A stretch of DNA of 63,625 nt, filler included, from Choristocarpus tenellus KU-1152 (GCA_964200185.2; 14 parts of 14 records of this genome joined end to end with filler, not necessarily neighbours in it); one strand, 5' to 3'. Numbered from the whole stretch's first letter, positions 25,209-38,584 are shown. The notes: generated by a model not told the origin, from the sequence alone. A program made the numbers and translations.

Positions 25209-25245
<37 letters not shown>

Positions 25246-25346
25246 ANNNNNNNNNNNNNNNNNNNNNNNNNNNNNNNNNNNNNNNNNNNNTTAATTAATT
25301 AANNNNNNNNNNNNNNNNNNNNNNNNNNNNNNNNNNNNNNNNNNNN

Positions 25347-25427
25347 CCAAACCACCCAAAAATCGCGACATGGGAAAATGGGCCTCGAATGGACAGCTGC
25401 TCCCCCCCCCCCCAGATACTTTGAGCT
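25347..25427. mobile_element. MITE family B right end at contig start
   Basis: ...AATGGACAGCTGCTCCCCCCCCCCCCAGATACTTTGAGCT. Confidence 0.8.
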
Positions 25428-26558
25428 AACATGAGAATAGTGACCAAGCCTCTCTGGAATTATTTCCAAACTCTTGTTGACATATCTAAGATAGAGTAAA
25501 CACTCAATATAATGATTGAAGACTTCTTTTTATTAAGACCTGGGGCATTTTTTTTTCGTCCCCGAATGTGATCTTTTCGGGGAGATGGCAATCGCGTCGA
25601 TTATTGTAGGTTTGTTTTTTTCGCAATAGGAACACAATGTTTTGTTGACCGTTTGGCATTTAGGAGAGTCTTCAGCACATACAACCCCCGCAATGTTCGT
25701 TGGTCAAGTGTCAAACGGAACTTGAATCAAGAATCATAGATGTCTGTTCAGTTCCAATCGGACCCTCCTTCCCTATTCACACATCCCCTTCTGATGCACC
25801 AGTCACCGCAACCGCAGAGGGGAGCAGGTACACTAGGACAACAACATAGTGCTCTTTATCGCCCCAAACGTATCAACAGAGTCCGTGAACACACACCACA
25901 CGGTGCTGGACTGGTCTTATCTCAACAAGGTTCTCACCAGCAACAAAGTACCCTATGCATGAGAAAATTCCACATATGTTCCCTCTCACAGAACAGAATT
26001 GCCGAAAAATTTCAATTTCTAGAAAATATTATTTCAGTGAAATATCTTAATGGCGCCTTTTGTGTCCAAGATATACCCCAGAGACAGTATTCCCTCTTTG
26101 TGGATGTGATGTGCTGACGGAACTTGGGTTCCTTATATGACAGGTGTGATGAAGTGAGGGGCAGTACAGCCCCCGCACTTTTCACTTTTATATTTCTTTT
26201 TCCTCAAGGTATCTGCTTGACATATCTCTCCTTGCCCCATCCTCCTGTGGGTCTTTCCACTCCCCCTTATCTGAAGAGTCTGTATGGCCAGTCTGCCTGT
26301 TCCACATATGTGACAAAGATATAATACTTCAGCACATACTACATTATTATATTATTATGCCCTCTGACATTTTGCAGATGTGTCAGGGGGGAAACCAATG
26401 AAAATTACATACTACATTATCGTTTTAGCTGGTGTTGTGATTTATCGTGCACAGCACGGCAAACAAACACATAAAATATTAATTTAGCAGTACATATAAA
26501 ACTATTTGTACCGTTAGTGGTAAACATTGTAACGACACATTTCCCTACCAACAAATTA

Positions 26559-27622
26559 CTTCCTCCGTTCGGAATTAAATGTAGCATAACTTCTGCAAGC
26601 TCCGTTCTCGCCCGGGAATAACCCACGTGATAAACCCTCTGGATAAGGCTTAGTTCTCATATAGATTGGGAGGCGTGCAAATTTTGAGATGGTGGGCTGT
26701 TATGACTGTGGAGGATCACCAGTGCAAAGTCGACCAAGTTGCATTTGACCGGATTCAAAAATCTGGTGAAATTGTCAAAGTGGGTGTTTATTGGGATACC
26801 TGGGATGAAGGCGCCCCATCGTTCGGGTAGCTTGCTCATCCTGTTGTTGCCGGTCAGTCCCAATTCGTCGGCCCAGAAGTCTGTCCAGGGTCCAGACTCA
26901 AGCAACCTGACAAAGATCAGCATGGTGGTAGTGATGCCAGGAGGTGAAAGGTTTTGAGACTCAGATGCTTCAGGGGACAGCGGTGGCCATTGTGTAGGAC
27001 TTCGGAATTTCCCGAATCACCACATTCCTTCATCTGAAGGAGTATGGCAGCCAGGTGGTATGGGGTGACTTTATGGACCTTGAACGACGTCACACGAGTG
27101 ATGTGGCCGCCGTACAATATCTTCGATCTTGGGGATCATGGAGGTAATCGAGGAGGCAGCGGGGGATGACATTGTTATAGAGACCCACCCAGCCAACCCA
27201 CCTGACCTCACCATGAACGACCTGGTGGATGCCACAATGTAGGCGTTGGATGGGTACCCCCAGGAGGCACTAGAGCGCTTCTGGCAGAGTCTCTTTGCAG
27301 TCTATGGTGAAGTGTTGGGGTTCAAGGGTGACAGTGTCTTCAAACTTCCCATCTTTGCAAGAAAAATATTGAGTGAGAAGGCGGGCAAGTTCCCCCCGAA
27401 TGCCCCGGTAGATGTGGCAAAATACTGTGCTGGAATGGAGTTTTGGAAGGCTATTGGGGCAGAATCATAGATAGGTGCAGAACTTCCCATTTTCTTTTGA
27501 GACTTTGGTGGGCAACCTTTTAGTTTTTGCACAATGCACCCATAAATAATGAACACCAGACAATCTTGCTTCTTCGTTGGGGCTGCAAAAGTTATGTTAC
27601 ATTTAATTCGGAACAGAGGAAG
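26559..27622 (+). mobile_element. Second DD39D/Stowaway-type mariner derivative, ~45-bp TIRs, TA TSD
   Basis: TA|CTTCCTCCGTTCGGAATTAAATGTAGCATAAC...GTTATGTTACATTTAATTCGGAACAGAGGAAG|TA. Internal DIVIETHPANPPDLTMNDL..DGYPQEALERFWQSLFAVYGEVLGFKGDSVFKLP. Confidence 0.88.
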
Positions 27623-27851
27623 TATTTGGTACTGTGTGGTCAGGGGAGGCAAAAGACCGAAGTTTAAGGCATTTTTTGCAACGAGTTTTTATGCAACAAG
27701 AGTGGAAACTTTCCAAAGATTTTATTGTAACAATATAAACTTTAGTATACAATTGACTCAATGTCCAAATTCGGTCCTCAAGCAATTCTAACCGTCATAA
27801 AAAAAATGACAATTATTTTATTTTCGTCCCCTCTGACATTTTGAAGATATT

Positions 27852-28031
27852 ACATTATTATGCCCTCTGACATTTTGCAGATGTGTCAGGGGGGAAACCA
27901 ATGAAAACAAAACATATGTCGTTATTAGACCTAAGGAAATAAAACATCCTAAACGTGAGAACACTATAAAACATTGTGAGCGTGGAAACCACTAATCTAT
28001 CAGTTACTTCACCACTACTATCAAATATTGT
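27852..28031 (-). mobile_element. 5'-truncated copy of the TAA-tailed non-LTR 3' end
   Basis: Reverse complement aligns with 3462-3642. Confidence 0.7.
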
Positions 28032-28419
28032 AGATATGTCAAGAAAAAGACAATTCCATAAGGAGCCCATAATTACATTTATTATATAATTATTGTGATT
28101 GTATTAATATATAATAGTGTTCGTTTTGTACGGATAGAACACTTCTACAACTGTTACTCTTTATATTATTTACTCTCTCACATTGTTACTTTTTGTTACT
28201 TATACAAAAGTCCATACTGAATTGTTTTGTTCGCTAAAAGATGTAGAAAATGTTAGAGGGCATAAATAATATATAGAAAACCTCTACATTAAGAAACGGA
28301 TCGAATAAACAATGAAAATGTCAAGAGAATCTCATAATAATATAGTGAAAGTAGAACTGTTATTCTTACCATGACACATTTGTAAAGTTTTAAATAGTTA
28401 CAATATTATATGGTGATTA

Positions 28420-29900
28420 TGAACCATGTAAACCCTTGATAACTTCCATCGAGTGTTTCCAGAAAGTTCTTTGGGTGTGCAACAATAGAAACTTTTTGAA
28501 CTTCTCCAATAAATGTCTGTTGTTTCAATACACTCTTTTCTAAATATCTATACCAACTTCTCTTTGAATAGTAACACCAATAATAGAAAAAATAATATTC
28601 ATTAATCTAGAAAGTCGGATTGTTCTACCTTGACTCATAACGAATATTACAAATGCTAATACAATATGAGAGTCTTACCGTATCTTTTCTGTACCCCTAT
28701 TATTAAACCTTGATAAAAACTAGAACAAGGAGACAGTGCATTGTAGCAGAAGATATATATCAATGTATTCCTATCCATGAATAGATATGATGAAAGGTTT
28801 GATGAGAAATCAACAAATGCAATGAAATATTTTGTGCCATATAACGCCCTTAGACATTTTCTTGTAGGAGAAGTAAGGCAACTTTTGAATTATTATTCCA
28901 TTTGGGTGTTCTGATGCCATGTTCCATATATCATGTATGTATGACAAGATCAAAGTTCCGTTCTGATAATATTTCAACAATTCTGATATTTTTTCTAGTG
29001 GGAGGTAAGGTTGTCTGGTTTTTGATGGAGATGTCAAAGATAAGAGGTACTTGCCCCATCTCGGTCAGTTGACACTGGGACTTATGGCAAACTGAGTTAA
29101 GGGTTGAGCTGATTGATAATGTCGAGAGATGAGGGAAGAAGGTTCGATGAAGTCCGTGGCTGCGCTTTTCACGGGGGAGCGAGATGGAGAGACCCTGCTG
29201 ATGGCAAGTTTTCAAGGTCCATATCAGGAGGAAATCTGGGTGACGTTATCTGTCTTCCTTGTCGCGTGGTAGGAGATCAGCTTCCCTGTGACAATAAGGT
29301 TTCCTCCAGAAATTTAGAAGTGGATGGATGGCTGGGCGAAGCCCCACCTGGACCACCTCGATTACGGAGAGAGCATGGTTTCTATGGCGATCGATGTTCT
29401 CCCATCAATTTTGCTTTGGTAGGGCCTAGCGTGAGGTTGGGATGCCGAGGTGATGGTGCCTAACTCACCGTGTGGTATGCATCCCCCCCCAGTGTTTTGT
29501 TGATCTTCGCTTTTGCGGCAGTCACCGTCCCCTATGGCGGCTGTTTAGGTTGTTGGGGATGCTAGACCTGGCCGAATATAAAGGGGATGGACTTCATGGT
29601 TATATAGAGTTCATTGCAAAAGTCATAGTTAAGATCTGGCCTGAAGGACTATTGGAGCAAGAATAGACAAGTTCTTGGTTGCTGTTTTGTAGCTCTGTTT
29701 TCTCCTTGTGTATCCTTCACTAGGCTTCTGTGTGTATACTTTTCTTTCCCCTCTCCCAATCTCATCTGCTGTGGTAGCTTGCCCTGTGGAGTAACTTGAG
29801 ATGTGATTGGGAACGTTACTAGAATTGAGCCTTTTGATTTGACTGACTGAGTCCAATTGATTCCTGTCTATGCTTGATTACACTTTGGAAACCACTTTCG
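28420..29900 (-). mobile_element. Highly decayed Ty1/copia gag-integrase remnant
   Basis: Minus-strand broken frames include GTKYFIAFVDFSSNLSSYLFM (cf. copia GxKYFxTFxDDxSR), an NRHLLEK..FW-like segment and a gag-like RPDLNYDF..ITMKSIPF; many stops. Confidence 0.5.
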
Positions 29901-30850
29901 TTTGCGTCCAAAAGGAACCAATGTTTTTTTCCAATGTTTTTTCCCGAGTTCTGTAAGCTAGTGGAGGTAAGGTCAATGTCAGACTGGGTGACTGGTCCTT
30001 GGTTTCCACATACAGCATATTATGTGCCTCTTTTTGTCCTTTGACCAGATGCAACAGAAGCAGAGGAGACAATAAGGGTGTTGAGGGATGAAAGGAAGCG
30101 TAGTGTATCTAGGTGTTGGATGTTATACCCTTACCTTTTCTGATTGAACTCCCTAAGACAGAACACAAGTTGTGAGTATGAAGGCACCGGGACAGCTAAT
30201 GCTTTAATTTCGGTGCTGCTGAAGACCAGACAAAATGGTGTGATATGCACTCATTAGTTTCTTTTCCTTTCCAATCATTTGCTCTTCCAGTTACATGCCA
30301 CTCAATAAAGTGATGTGTTGCTCTTCATATCCCGAAAGAGATACAATCTACAAGTGTATCTACAGACTATGGTTGCTACGAGTGGGAAATGCAAGCATGG
30401 TCTGCAACATATTTCGAACTTCAAATAATCCGGAGTTAACTCATTAAAAGACGATACACTTCAACATTAGAGTGGGAACATTTGTCTACCATTCAAATCC
30501 TAAAGTTTGCCAATTGTGAATGTCCAAGTGGTACAGAATGTTTAGACAAATCAAATATTATGACTTCTTTTCTATTTTCTATTTCATCAAACATGGTTGT
30601 GTACCCAACCACCGTGCGTGATGTTTTTTTCTGAATGCTGTGTAACTATTCGTTGCCTATCTTCTGTCTCTTCACACACTCACGTCTAATTTGCAGTGTG
30701 ATATTCATCACTTGGAAATCCTTCGAATCACACAGAGAAATACTTACATAAGATAATTAACCTACACAAGACATCCGAGTCTATCTTTAGGGTACTTTCC
30801 TCCACTTTACACATGCATTTTTCCATGAACAAGGCCTATTTTTAGACATT

Positions 30851-31121
30851 GACCCATAGTATCCTAGATGGGGCGTCAGGCGTCCATTTGCGGCTGGTGT
30901 GAACCTGTAGTGATTTTCATGTCATCAGAGTGAACGTGTCAGATGTAACGGCAATTTCCTACATCTGAACGTAGTTTCCTCTTCTATCATCCTGCTTGTA
31001 CCAAATCCGACGAAAGACCACTTGCAACATGGTCAACAAACTAGGGTATCTATCAACGCCCCATTAAGCCCTGAATGGACAACCCGGGCTAAGTAACCCC
31101 CCCCCCAAGATACTATGGGAA
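30851..31121. mobile_element. Divergent MITE related to families A-C (CCCATAGTATC...GATACTATGGG)
   Basis: Inverted termini plus GTCCATTTG / AATGGAC subterminal motifs; TSD not preserved. Confidence 0.55.
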
Positions 31122-32894
31122 GTTTCCCAGAATTTGTAAGAGTGGTTCTTCCAGGCAATAACTTCATAACTTTTTGTTATACCATTTAGAAACATTACAC
31201 TGGTGACATTTCGCTTCTACAAATATATGTTAGTAGTAATGTTGTATGTCCAGGTTTGGTGAAAATGCCAAGATTCATTTATGAGTACCCTAGCAGCAAG
31301 AAAAGAATTAGGTTCTGCATAAGAATCAGGTGATTTATCAGCCCCAACTCATCTAGTCATTTTCAGACATTCATAAAAAGGGACCTTCACAATGTCTACA
31401 CAAATCCGAACTGTCTGTTGGAAGCGTGAATTACATCAAGAGTTGAATATTCAACACTATTGTGCAAGAATAGACCTATGGACAGTGCTTGCTATGAATC
31501 TTGAGGTTTGTTGGTACGAAGTAAGTCATCAGGTCAACAACTTTCAAGGTACCTGACTCGACTAGAATCGAAACCTAGACAAAGAGCATAAAGCAATCCA
31601 CTCAAAACATCAAGTATCGTGTGGCACTGCCAGCAGAGCACGCAGGTCACATACAACAGTGACAAGTACCAATTACTCCCAATCCCTCCTTGATTTTTGT
31701 GTGTATTATCTCCATTTCAATTGAACGCTAGTATGTGAAGCCGTTACGATTTCAAACACCTAGAAGGTGGTAGATAATCTCAGGTTCCGCGATTTTGGTT
31801 TGTGGCACTTTGATGTTTTCTTGGGTGATAGAGCCAAGATAGGTTAGACATCTTCTTACCCCTTAGGTATAACCAAATCAATAATATGCTTGAATTTGCT
31901 TAGAATTTTGAATCTTAGAAGTCTAGATACCTGTTAAAAAAGAAACAATATTTGAAGATCAAGACTGGCACAGCAGGATTGAGGTGATTTGCCTTCCTTA
32001 CACTTATGATGCATTGTCTGAAGTTGTTCCCTCCACCCTTTAATTAGGAGGGGTTTCTCCCCCCTCGCCATCCTCACCATTTTTTCCCTCTACTCCTATC
32101 ATGTGAAATGTCTATCAAGATCATTTTTTTGTGTTTGAGTGAACGAAAGGAATGTGGAAATGTTTCCTTTTTGAATTATTAGGAACACATTTTTCTTAAA
32201 GAAGAAATTCACGACAGTACTTTATTTTTGGGAGCAACTGTGAGAAATAATATAGCCGTACAGCTAGCTTTTTTGGGGAACACGTTTGACCAGGTACTTC
32301 TATGTGCCAGTCTACAGCTCCTTTTTGCTCAGCACACACTATTCGATCTCCCTATGATTTCTGTGCTGACCTATAAGAGGGGGTTATGCAGACTCGAGTA
32401 TGTGAAACCCACATTCCAAAATTGCAGCACCACCTTATACCTACTAGAGGGCGGGGGGTAAGGTAGTGCAAACCACCTAACGTGTTCGATCCAACATAGT
32501 GTATACACGAATACCTTTGCACTTGTATATTCACAAACTCCGAGCTTCCCTACAAAAAAAAATCATGATTGCATTGTGCCAGCTATTAAATGACCACAGC
32601 TGGCTCTCCATTCTGCATGTCTGCCATTGGTGTCGGTTTTCATTTGTACTACTCTTAACCTCCCTCCCACATGTTCCTGTGGCAACCACCCACACCACCA
32701 AAGGGCTGCTGGCTACAAGTCGTGCTGACTCTAATTCCTCGCATCGACTCTCAGTATAATAATGCACCCTTACATCTCTTGTGCTATAGTTACCAGTGTC
32801 GCCTTTAAGCACTGTTACAGACTCTTTCCCACCTCGTATACTGATGACACATCAATTACACATGCTCTTTTCTCATCCAACTCTTATCATGGAC

Positions 32895-33006
32895 GGTGCA
32901 GACCACTCCCAGAGAGATGTTCGATTAGACTCTTGCAACTCTATCGGACAGTTACGGTAAAATATTTATGGAGTAATGGAACAATCAATCAGTGGTTGAG
33001 TTATCA
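32895..33006. repeat. Dispersed ~110-bp repeat ending TATCA (second copy ~47520-47615); possible LTR end
   Basis: TTCGATTAGACTCTT..CTCTATCGGACAGTTACGGTAAAATAT.TATGGAGTAATGGAACAATCAAT.AGTGGTTGAG.TATCA is present in two contigs. Confidence 0.7.
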
Positions 33007-33106
33007 NNNNNNNNNNNNNNNNNNNNNNNNNNNNNNNNNNNNNNNNNNNNTTAATTAATTAANNNNNNNNNNNNNNNNNNNNNNNNNNNNNNNNNNNNNN
33101 NNNNNN

Positions 33107-33214
33107 CTCCGAGATATTTCGGATTAGGAAAATGTCAAAAAAAAAAAACTTGGGAAGCCAAGCTCCAAATGGACAAACAGGGCAAAACTTGTACCCTCTA
33201 AGATACTTTCATTC
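33107..33214 (+). mobile_element. MITE family A right part at contig start
   Basis: ..AAATGGACAAACAGGGCAAAACTTGTACCCTCTAAGATACTTTCATTC. Confidence 0.85.
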
Positions 33215-33347
33215 TGCACATTGTGGTAGAGATATAGTACAGAATAATTTTTATTCGCAACCTCCGTAGCTATGCTACCCCCTCGCCCATTGAAAAATCT
33301 ATCCTCAGGTTGTTCCTGAATCTTTGATGCGATGATAATTGGCTAGG

Positions 33348-33528
33348 GGCTCAAAGTATCTGGGGGGTGGTGGCAGCTGTACATTTGGGGTCAATTTTTT
33401 CTTGTCACAATTTTTGGGTGATTTGGTTGCGTACGTTTGATGGATAATGTGAATGCACTTTTCCTGATTTTGCCTCAAAATGGACATCCTGGTGTAGACC
33501 CCCCCCCCCTCCCCAGATACTTTTGGTC
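33348..33528. mobile_element. MITE family B, TSD TAGG
   Basis: GGCTCAAAGTATCTGGGG...CCCCAGATACTTTTGGTC; TAGG at 33344-33347 and 33529-33532. Confidence 0.9.
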
Positions 33529-34123
33529 TAGGCTATAAAGTAGAGCTGTTGAGGAATATCATGGTTGGATGCAGATGATTAAGAAGTCCTCCAGTTGGGA
33601 TATATAAACAGCTCTGCCATCCTCTTGAAGCTGCTATACTTTGTGTTGGCTGATGGTCGTAATTCAATTTGTGTTTTTTGAGATTAAATTGCAAAGTATA
33701 CGTCAAAATATGCAAGCTATTGACAATGGTCCACCCCTAAGCCCAAGGGATAAGGAGGCTAAACAGAGGAGATGAGACTACCACACACACATTTCCTTAT
33801 TCATTTCCTCTTTCAACTTGGTGTTCTGATCATCTTGCTTGAACAAGTCATTTCCATACAAAATGAGCACTAGACAATGGGCAGAACAGTAAACAGTATA
33901 CAGTCTTACAAACAAAAAAGTTGATCTTGAAAACATCTCAGGCATGTGCTGGATGATACTGAGTACAACGGAGTGCACCTCAAGCAGGAGCAAGTGTTTC
34001 CGTGGTGTTTCTCCAGCATGCTGTGCTCAAGTTGAGCTATGCTTCCTTTGTGTGTTGCATCCACAGTAGTCGGCATCATAAGGCATTAATCCCCCCCCTC
34101 CAGGACATTGGCAATGACCTCTT

Positions 34124-35555
34124 TCAGCATCTGTGGGAAGGTGAACAGAGCTGTGAGATATTTCGAAGGTGGAGATGGACGAAGGCGTTGCCTTGTGCTG
34201 ATGTTCTCTAAATTTACATCTTGTACTGCCACATACATTGTGGTATTAAAAAAAATAAGATTTGTGGACAAGCTCCATCTATCAGTAGGGTCAATAACTG
34301 ATACCTCGCTTCTCTGTGCTCGAGTAAGTATGATATGAGCAACCTTTAACTTGACATGCTTGAAAGTTCATTGTTCAAGGCATGCAGAGGAGATATAGAT
34401 AGGATGGACTCTTTCAGGACACAAAGGTTACAGTGCATGCGAGGATCAAAGCAGGAGCTCGTTGGTAAAGTCAAAAGTACGAGGCGCTTACCAGGAGACT
34501 TTCTAGGGTCATAGACTATAAGCGTTGGACATTAGTAACACGATTATGTAGAAGTTGTGAGAACCAAGCAGTCTTACAACCATTTTCCCGTGTCGCCAAA
34601 ATATGTTTCCTTCCTTTCATGACCAACTGACTGTGTGAAAATCAGCGTTCTCTGATGAGCATAGGTCTCTGGAGAGCAATAGCAGTCTATTTCATTGTGG
34701 CATATTTGCTCACTTGTATGCCAGGACTCCAATTACACCATAGAAAACGTAGATCATGTTTCTTTGCTGGTACGTAATCTCAAAACCGAAACCCTCCCCA
34801 ATGGCACAGTGCCAGGATGCGCCGAACTTCTTATCCATTGATATCTTTATTAATTGTGCTGCTGCCTGGGGTGCAAGTTTAAGGGTACAATTGGGTGAAT
34901 GGGGGAGGGGTGAGAGACTGTGATGGAGTATGGGAGGGGTTGGAAATGAGTTGGCAATAGTTCTTGAATGTCGTGATTCTTTATATTGACTGTTAACGAG
35001 TCGAAACTTCATCCATGCTATGCCCGCATTAGACTTCACCTGGAGGATTGATGCATGCTTGTTTCACTCGGGTCCATCTTCATGCCCATAGTTTAATTTT
35101 GTCCCAAAACGAAAGATAGAAATGAAAGCATAGCCGAGACACGCACGTCCTTGACATGGAGCGGCTACCCCAAACGTCCAAGTCTAAGTTAGAGTGCGGC
35201 CCCTACCTCGTAGTTCTTGACATTGATGAACTTGTCAACTGACATTGTGACGATCTCCACTGCCTCTTGCACCATCTCTTGAGGCATGTCAGAGCTCTGT
35301 AGATTGAAATTGTACCAATGTTGAAGTTACAATGTGTTGGAACTTCTTGAGCCAACGACATTAATCCGTGAAAGAAGCGAAGAGGATGGAATGGAAGGTA
35401 CACATTATTTGACTGAGGATGCATTTCCGATTAAGATAATTCTACTCAATGACTTAGCCCCATACACAGACTTGCTGACCCACTTTTACGAGAGGTTTGG
35501 AGATGAGCTTTCGAAACTCAGCATCGGAGATCTCCGGTGTTGGTGCATTCGGCAT
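34124..35555 (-). CDS. DNAL4: Axonemal dynein light chain 4 (LC8 family, Chlamydomonas LC10-like); exons 35555-35484, 35296-35207, 34865-34714, and a probable terminal micro-exon 34130-34124 (otherwise stop at 34712-34710)
   Basis: MPNAPTPEISDAEFRKLISKPLVK|SSDMPQEMVQEAVEIVTMSVDKFINVKNYE|AAAQLIKISMDKKFGASWHCAIGEGFGFEITYQQRNMIYVFYGVIGVLAYK(C); PLV..SDMP and MDKKFG..WH..GEGFGFEIT are DNAL4 hallmarks. Confidence 0.93.
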
Positions 35556-36269
35556 GCTTGTCCCAATGCCACCCCCTGTTTCGCGAAGGACTCTACTATA
35601 TTATGGAATGCGCAGCAGGTGGTATGAAAGCAAGGAGGGGACCCTCTCTCCCTCAGATCTCGAAGAATCGATAATCTTCTCTCAGTTTGGTGAATGAGGG
35701 TGTGGGCAGGAGATGAAAGAGGGACAAATTATCCCTTATTATCTCAACAACGAATGATATGTTTTTGGCGTTTCATTGAGAGACTTTCAATGGTGGTCCT
35801 ATTCAAGGAAGGAGTGGGTGATTCCATAATATAAAAAGTAGTGTTGTAAATTTATTACTTCTATTATTAATTATCAAGTACATACAACATAGTAGTAGAA
35901 GTAAAGGGTATAATGTGACTGAAAAGGATACAAACGAAAATTATGGTTATTTGTACATGTATGTGTTATTTCCGATATATTGTGGTAGTATTGTTTCAGA
36001 CATAATTTGACACGAACGTAGAAAAGGTCCGGCATATTTTCACATCAGGCTATTACCACAGTAATACTACTATTTTGGATATTATTTGACCAGGACAGTC
36101 CGACCCACTAAAAAGGGAAAGACAATTAATTAATCCGAGTTTTATGTGTGAGAATTCTTGTGCGTTAAATGATACAGGTATAATAAGGAAAAAAAAATGA
36201 AATAATGATAGGGAAAAGGGTTAAACACTGAAGGTCTTTATTATTGACAAGATTAGGCAAGCGAGAAGT

Positions 36270-36720
36270 TTATGGGATTGAGTGGATGGAGGTAGAGGTA
36301 AGAAGAAGTTACAATTAACAACCACATCCAGGGTGAGGGAGGGGTAGAAGGATAAAAGGGGGGCAGGATCAAGGTGGCGTTTGAGTAATTCTTTCCCATC
36401 CACCCATCCTCTTGATGACGCACGATTGAGTGGGATGGGGGGGAGGAGGTAAAGCTCAGGTGGGGTAGATGTCTTCTAGTTCAAAGGCACAGTGTGGTAT
36501 TGGAGAGGATGATTGGGGGATGTTCTGGGATGAATGTGGACTGTTGCGGAGGATTGCAGAGTTTCATGGATGGAGGTAAGGCATTTTGGGAGGATTGGTC
36601 TGAGAGTGGATTCAAGGAAATTGGCTATTTTATTTGGTGAGTGTATGCCAGTGCCAGAAATTCGTCGCAATGAATGGATGATGACTATTTTTTTTGACCG
36701 GAACCTGTTGTTGTGAAGAT
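36270..36720 (-). mobile_element. Penelope-like element reverse transcriptase fragment (decayed)
   Basis: SLRRISGTGIHSPNKIANFLESTLRPILPKCLTSIHETLQ resembles the PLE RT motif PLRPIxSxxGSPTxxLAxYLxxILxPL..SxI; frameshifts follow. Confidence 0.6.
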
Positions 36721-37162
36721 TGGTCGCATAATAGGTTGGTATTGGGATACTAGTAACGGAAATTGGTCGTACTAGTTGGTCATGGGATGCCAAGTGGAGG
36801 AAATTGGTCGCACTGGTTGATTTCCAAATTGTTTTGGTGACTGGAAACCAGTGGGGAAAAATAGCTGCACAGATTGATGACTGGATTGAATTGTGATTGG
36901 AAACTAGTGCCGGGAATGGCCGCACTGGTTAGTAATTGGTTAAGCAGGAAGTGTCTACGGAGTTGGTGTGGCAAAGAATGATGAGTGGTGTGACATTGTT
37001 TGAGGAGGAGTGGAGTGGATATTAGACTGAGAGAGAAGGCTAACTAGCTACTTTAATCTAGAATTCGAGAGCAAAGCATACGTTACAAACACCACCACCA
37101 ATAATACTACCGTCTACTAGATAGGGTGTTCTCATCGTACATATATTTGTTCTCATCCATCC

Positions 37163-37254
37163 GAGTGAAACTATCTTAGAGGGTACGAATTTTTCCCTGT
37201 TGGTGCATTTGTGGGCCGCGGCTTCGCCTGGGTTTTTTACGGGGTGTTTCCGAC
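37163..37254 (-). mobile_element. MITE family A partial at contig end
   Basis: GAGTGAAACTATCTTAGAGGGTACGAATTTTTCCCTGTTTG. Confidence 0.8.
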
Positions 37255-37354
37255 NNNNNNNNNNNNNNNNNNNNNNNNNNNNNNNNNNNNNNNNNNNNTT
37301 AATTAATTAANNNNNNNNNNNNNNNNNNNNNNNNNNNNNNNNNNNNNNNNNNNN

Positions 37355-37396
37355 CCCAAATGGACAGCAGCTACCCCCTCCCAGATACTTTGAGTC
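37355..37396. mobile_element. MITE family B right end at contig start
   Basis: CCCAAATGGACAGC..CCCAGATACTTTGAGTC. Confidence 0.8.
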
Positions 37397-38584
37397 TCTA
37401 GGTACAGGTTCAATGAGAAACACAAAGGTTCAGAAGGAGCGCTCAGGAAGAGCTTGCGATTAGTGAGGTAATGACCCACGGATTATGCAGAGTAGGTTTC
37501 CCAATCACTACTTTGTCAGCCTTCTTGAACGTGGCGATTTTGGTGTCTGAGCTCTACTGCTGTCATGCCCATTCCCCCTCCTCCCATGCCTCTGTTAACC
37601 TTGCTTAGATTGAGTTCAGAAAATTTCAAACCACCCTTCTAGCAACACATTCCATGCGGGAGGTGGTGGTGTTTCTGAATCACCTCCTAACAAATGGACT
37701 TTGTGTAAAACTACCATACTACTGTTGACATTTGCAATTACACCTGCAATAGTCTTGGTCGACACTGTTCTTTGGCTTTGACAGTATTTTTACTGTAACC
37801 ACACTCACCAATTTTGTCGTCAAGGGTTGACAAAACATCAGAGCCTTGTTATTTGAGGAAAAGTTCTTTCATTTGGAAGGTGTGTGATATGGTTGTGAGC
37901 AAATCGACCAAAGGAGGCGGACTAATTATACCGATACGATTCAGTGATTCGATTCAGTGATTCGATTCTGTTGCAAGACTGAGTGTATCCCCAAATCAAG
38001 CGCAACATGGCATTCAAGTTGGCGTGCGAGGAATGTAGTAAAAAAACAAAGGTATCCTGTCTCCCCCCAGTTACCCAAGTGCATGTAGAGACTCTTTTCC
38101 CTTGGGTACACTCAACAGCTTGTTAACAAGTGCAAGTCCGTTCATCCCTCTCTAAAAACTTTAAAGGGCGCTTACTATTTTATTCACGACACCATAGTCA
38201 TATCTCCCAAGCACCTTGCTGCCTCTCCTTCTCACTGTGGGCGTTCGTGTGCAGAGAGGAAAAAAGAAAGGCTTGCCACGGTGGTAGTATTATTTTGCAC
38301 CAGTGTACGGTACGGTACGATTGCCGTTAAGTTTTGTGCAGATTTAGATTGGTATTTGTGTGAGTATGGAAGAAGAGTATAAATAAAAAGATTGGAACCT
38401 CACACCCCTTTGCTGAATGTGATGAAATAGTTGAAAAGAGAAGAGTGATACTATTTGTACATGGTGGAGCTTGGTTTAGCACCTGCTGTTTCTAGAAAGA
38501 ATCACTAAAACGAATCACTTGTAAAGTTTTCCAGAAAACTCCAGAACGATATAGAAAAAAGTATTGAACATGTAGGGGGGAGAG

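Noticed and set aside
34104-34514. Possible + strand exons converging on DNAL4
   Set aside because: Plausible splice sites but no recognisable protein; needs transcript data.
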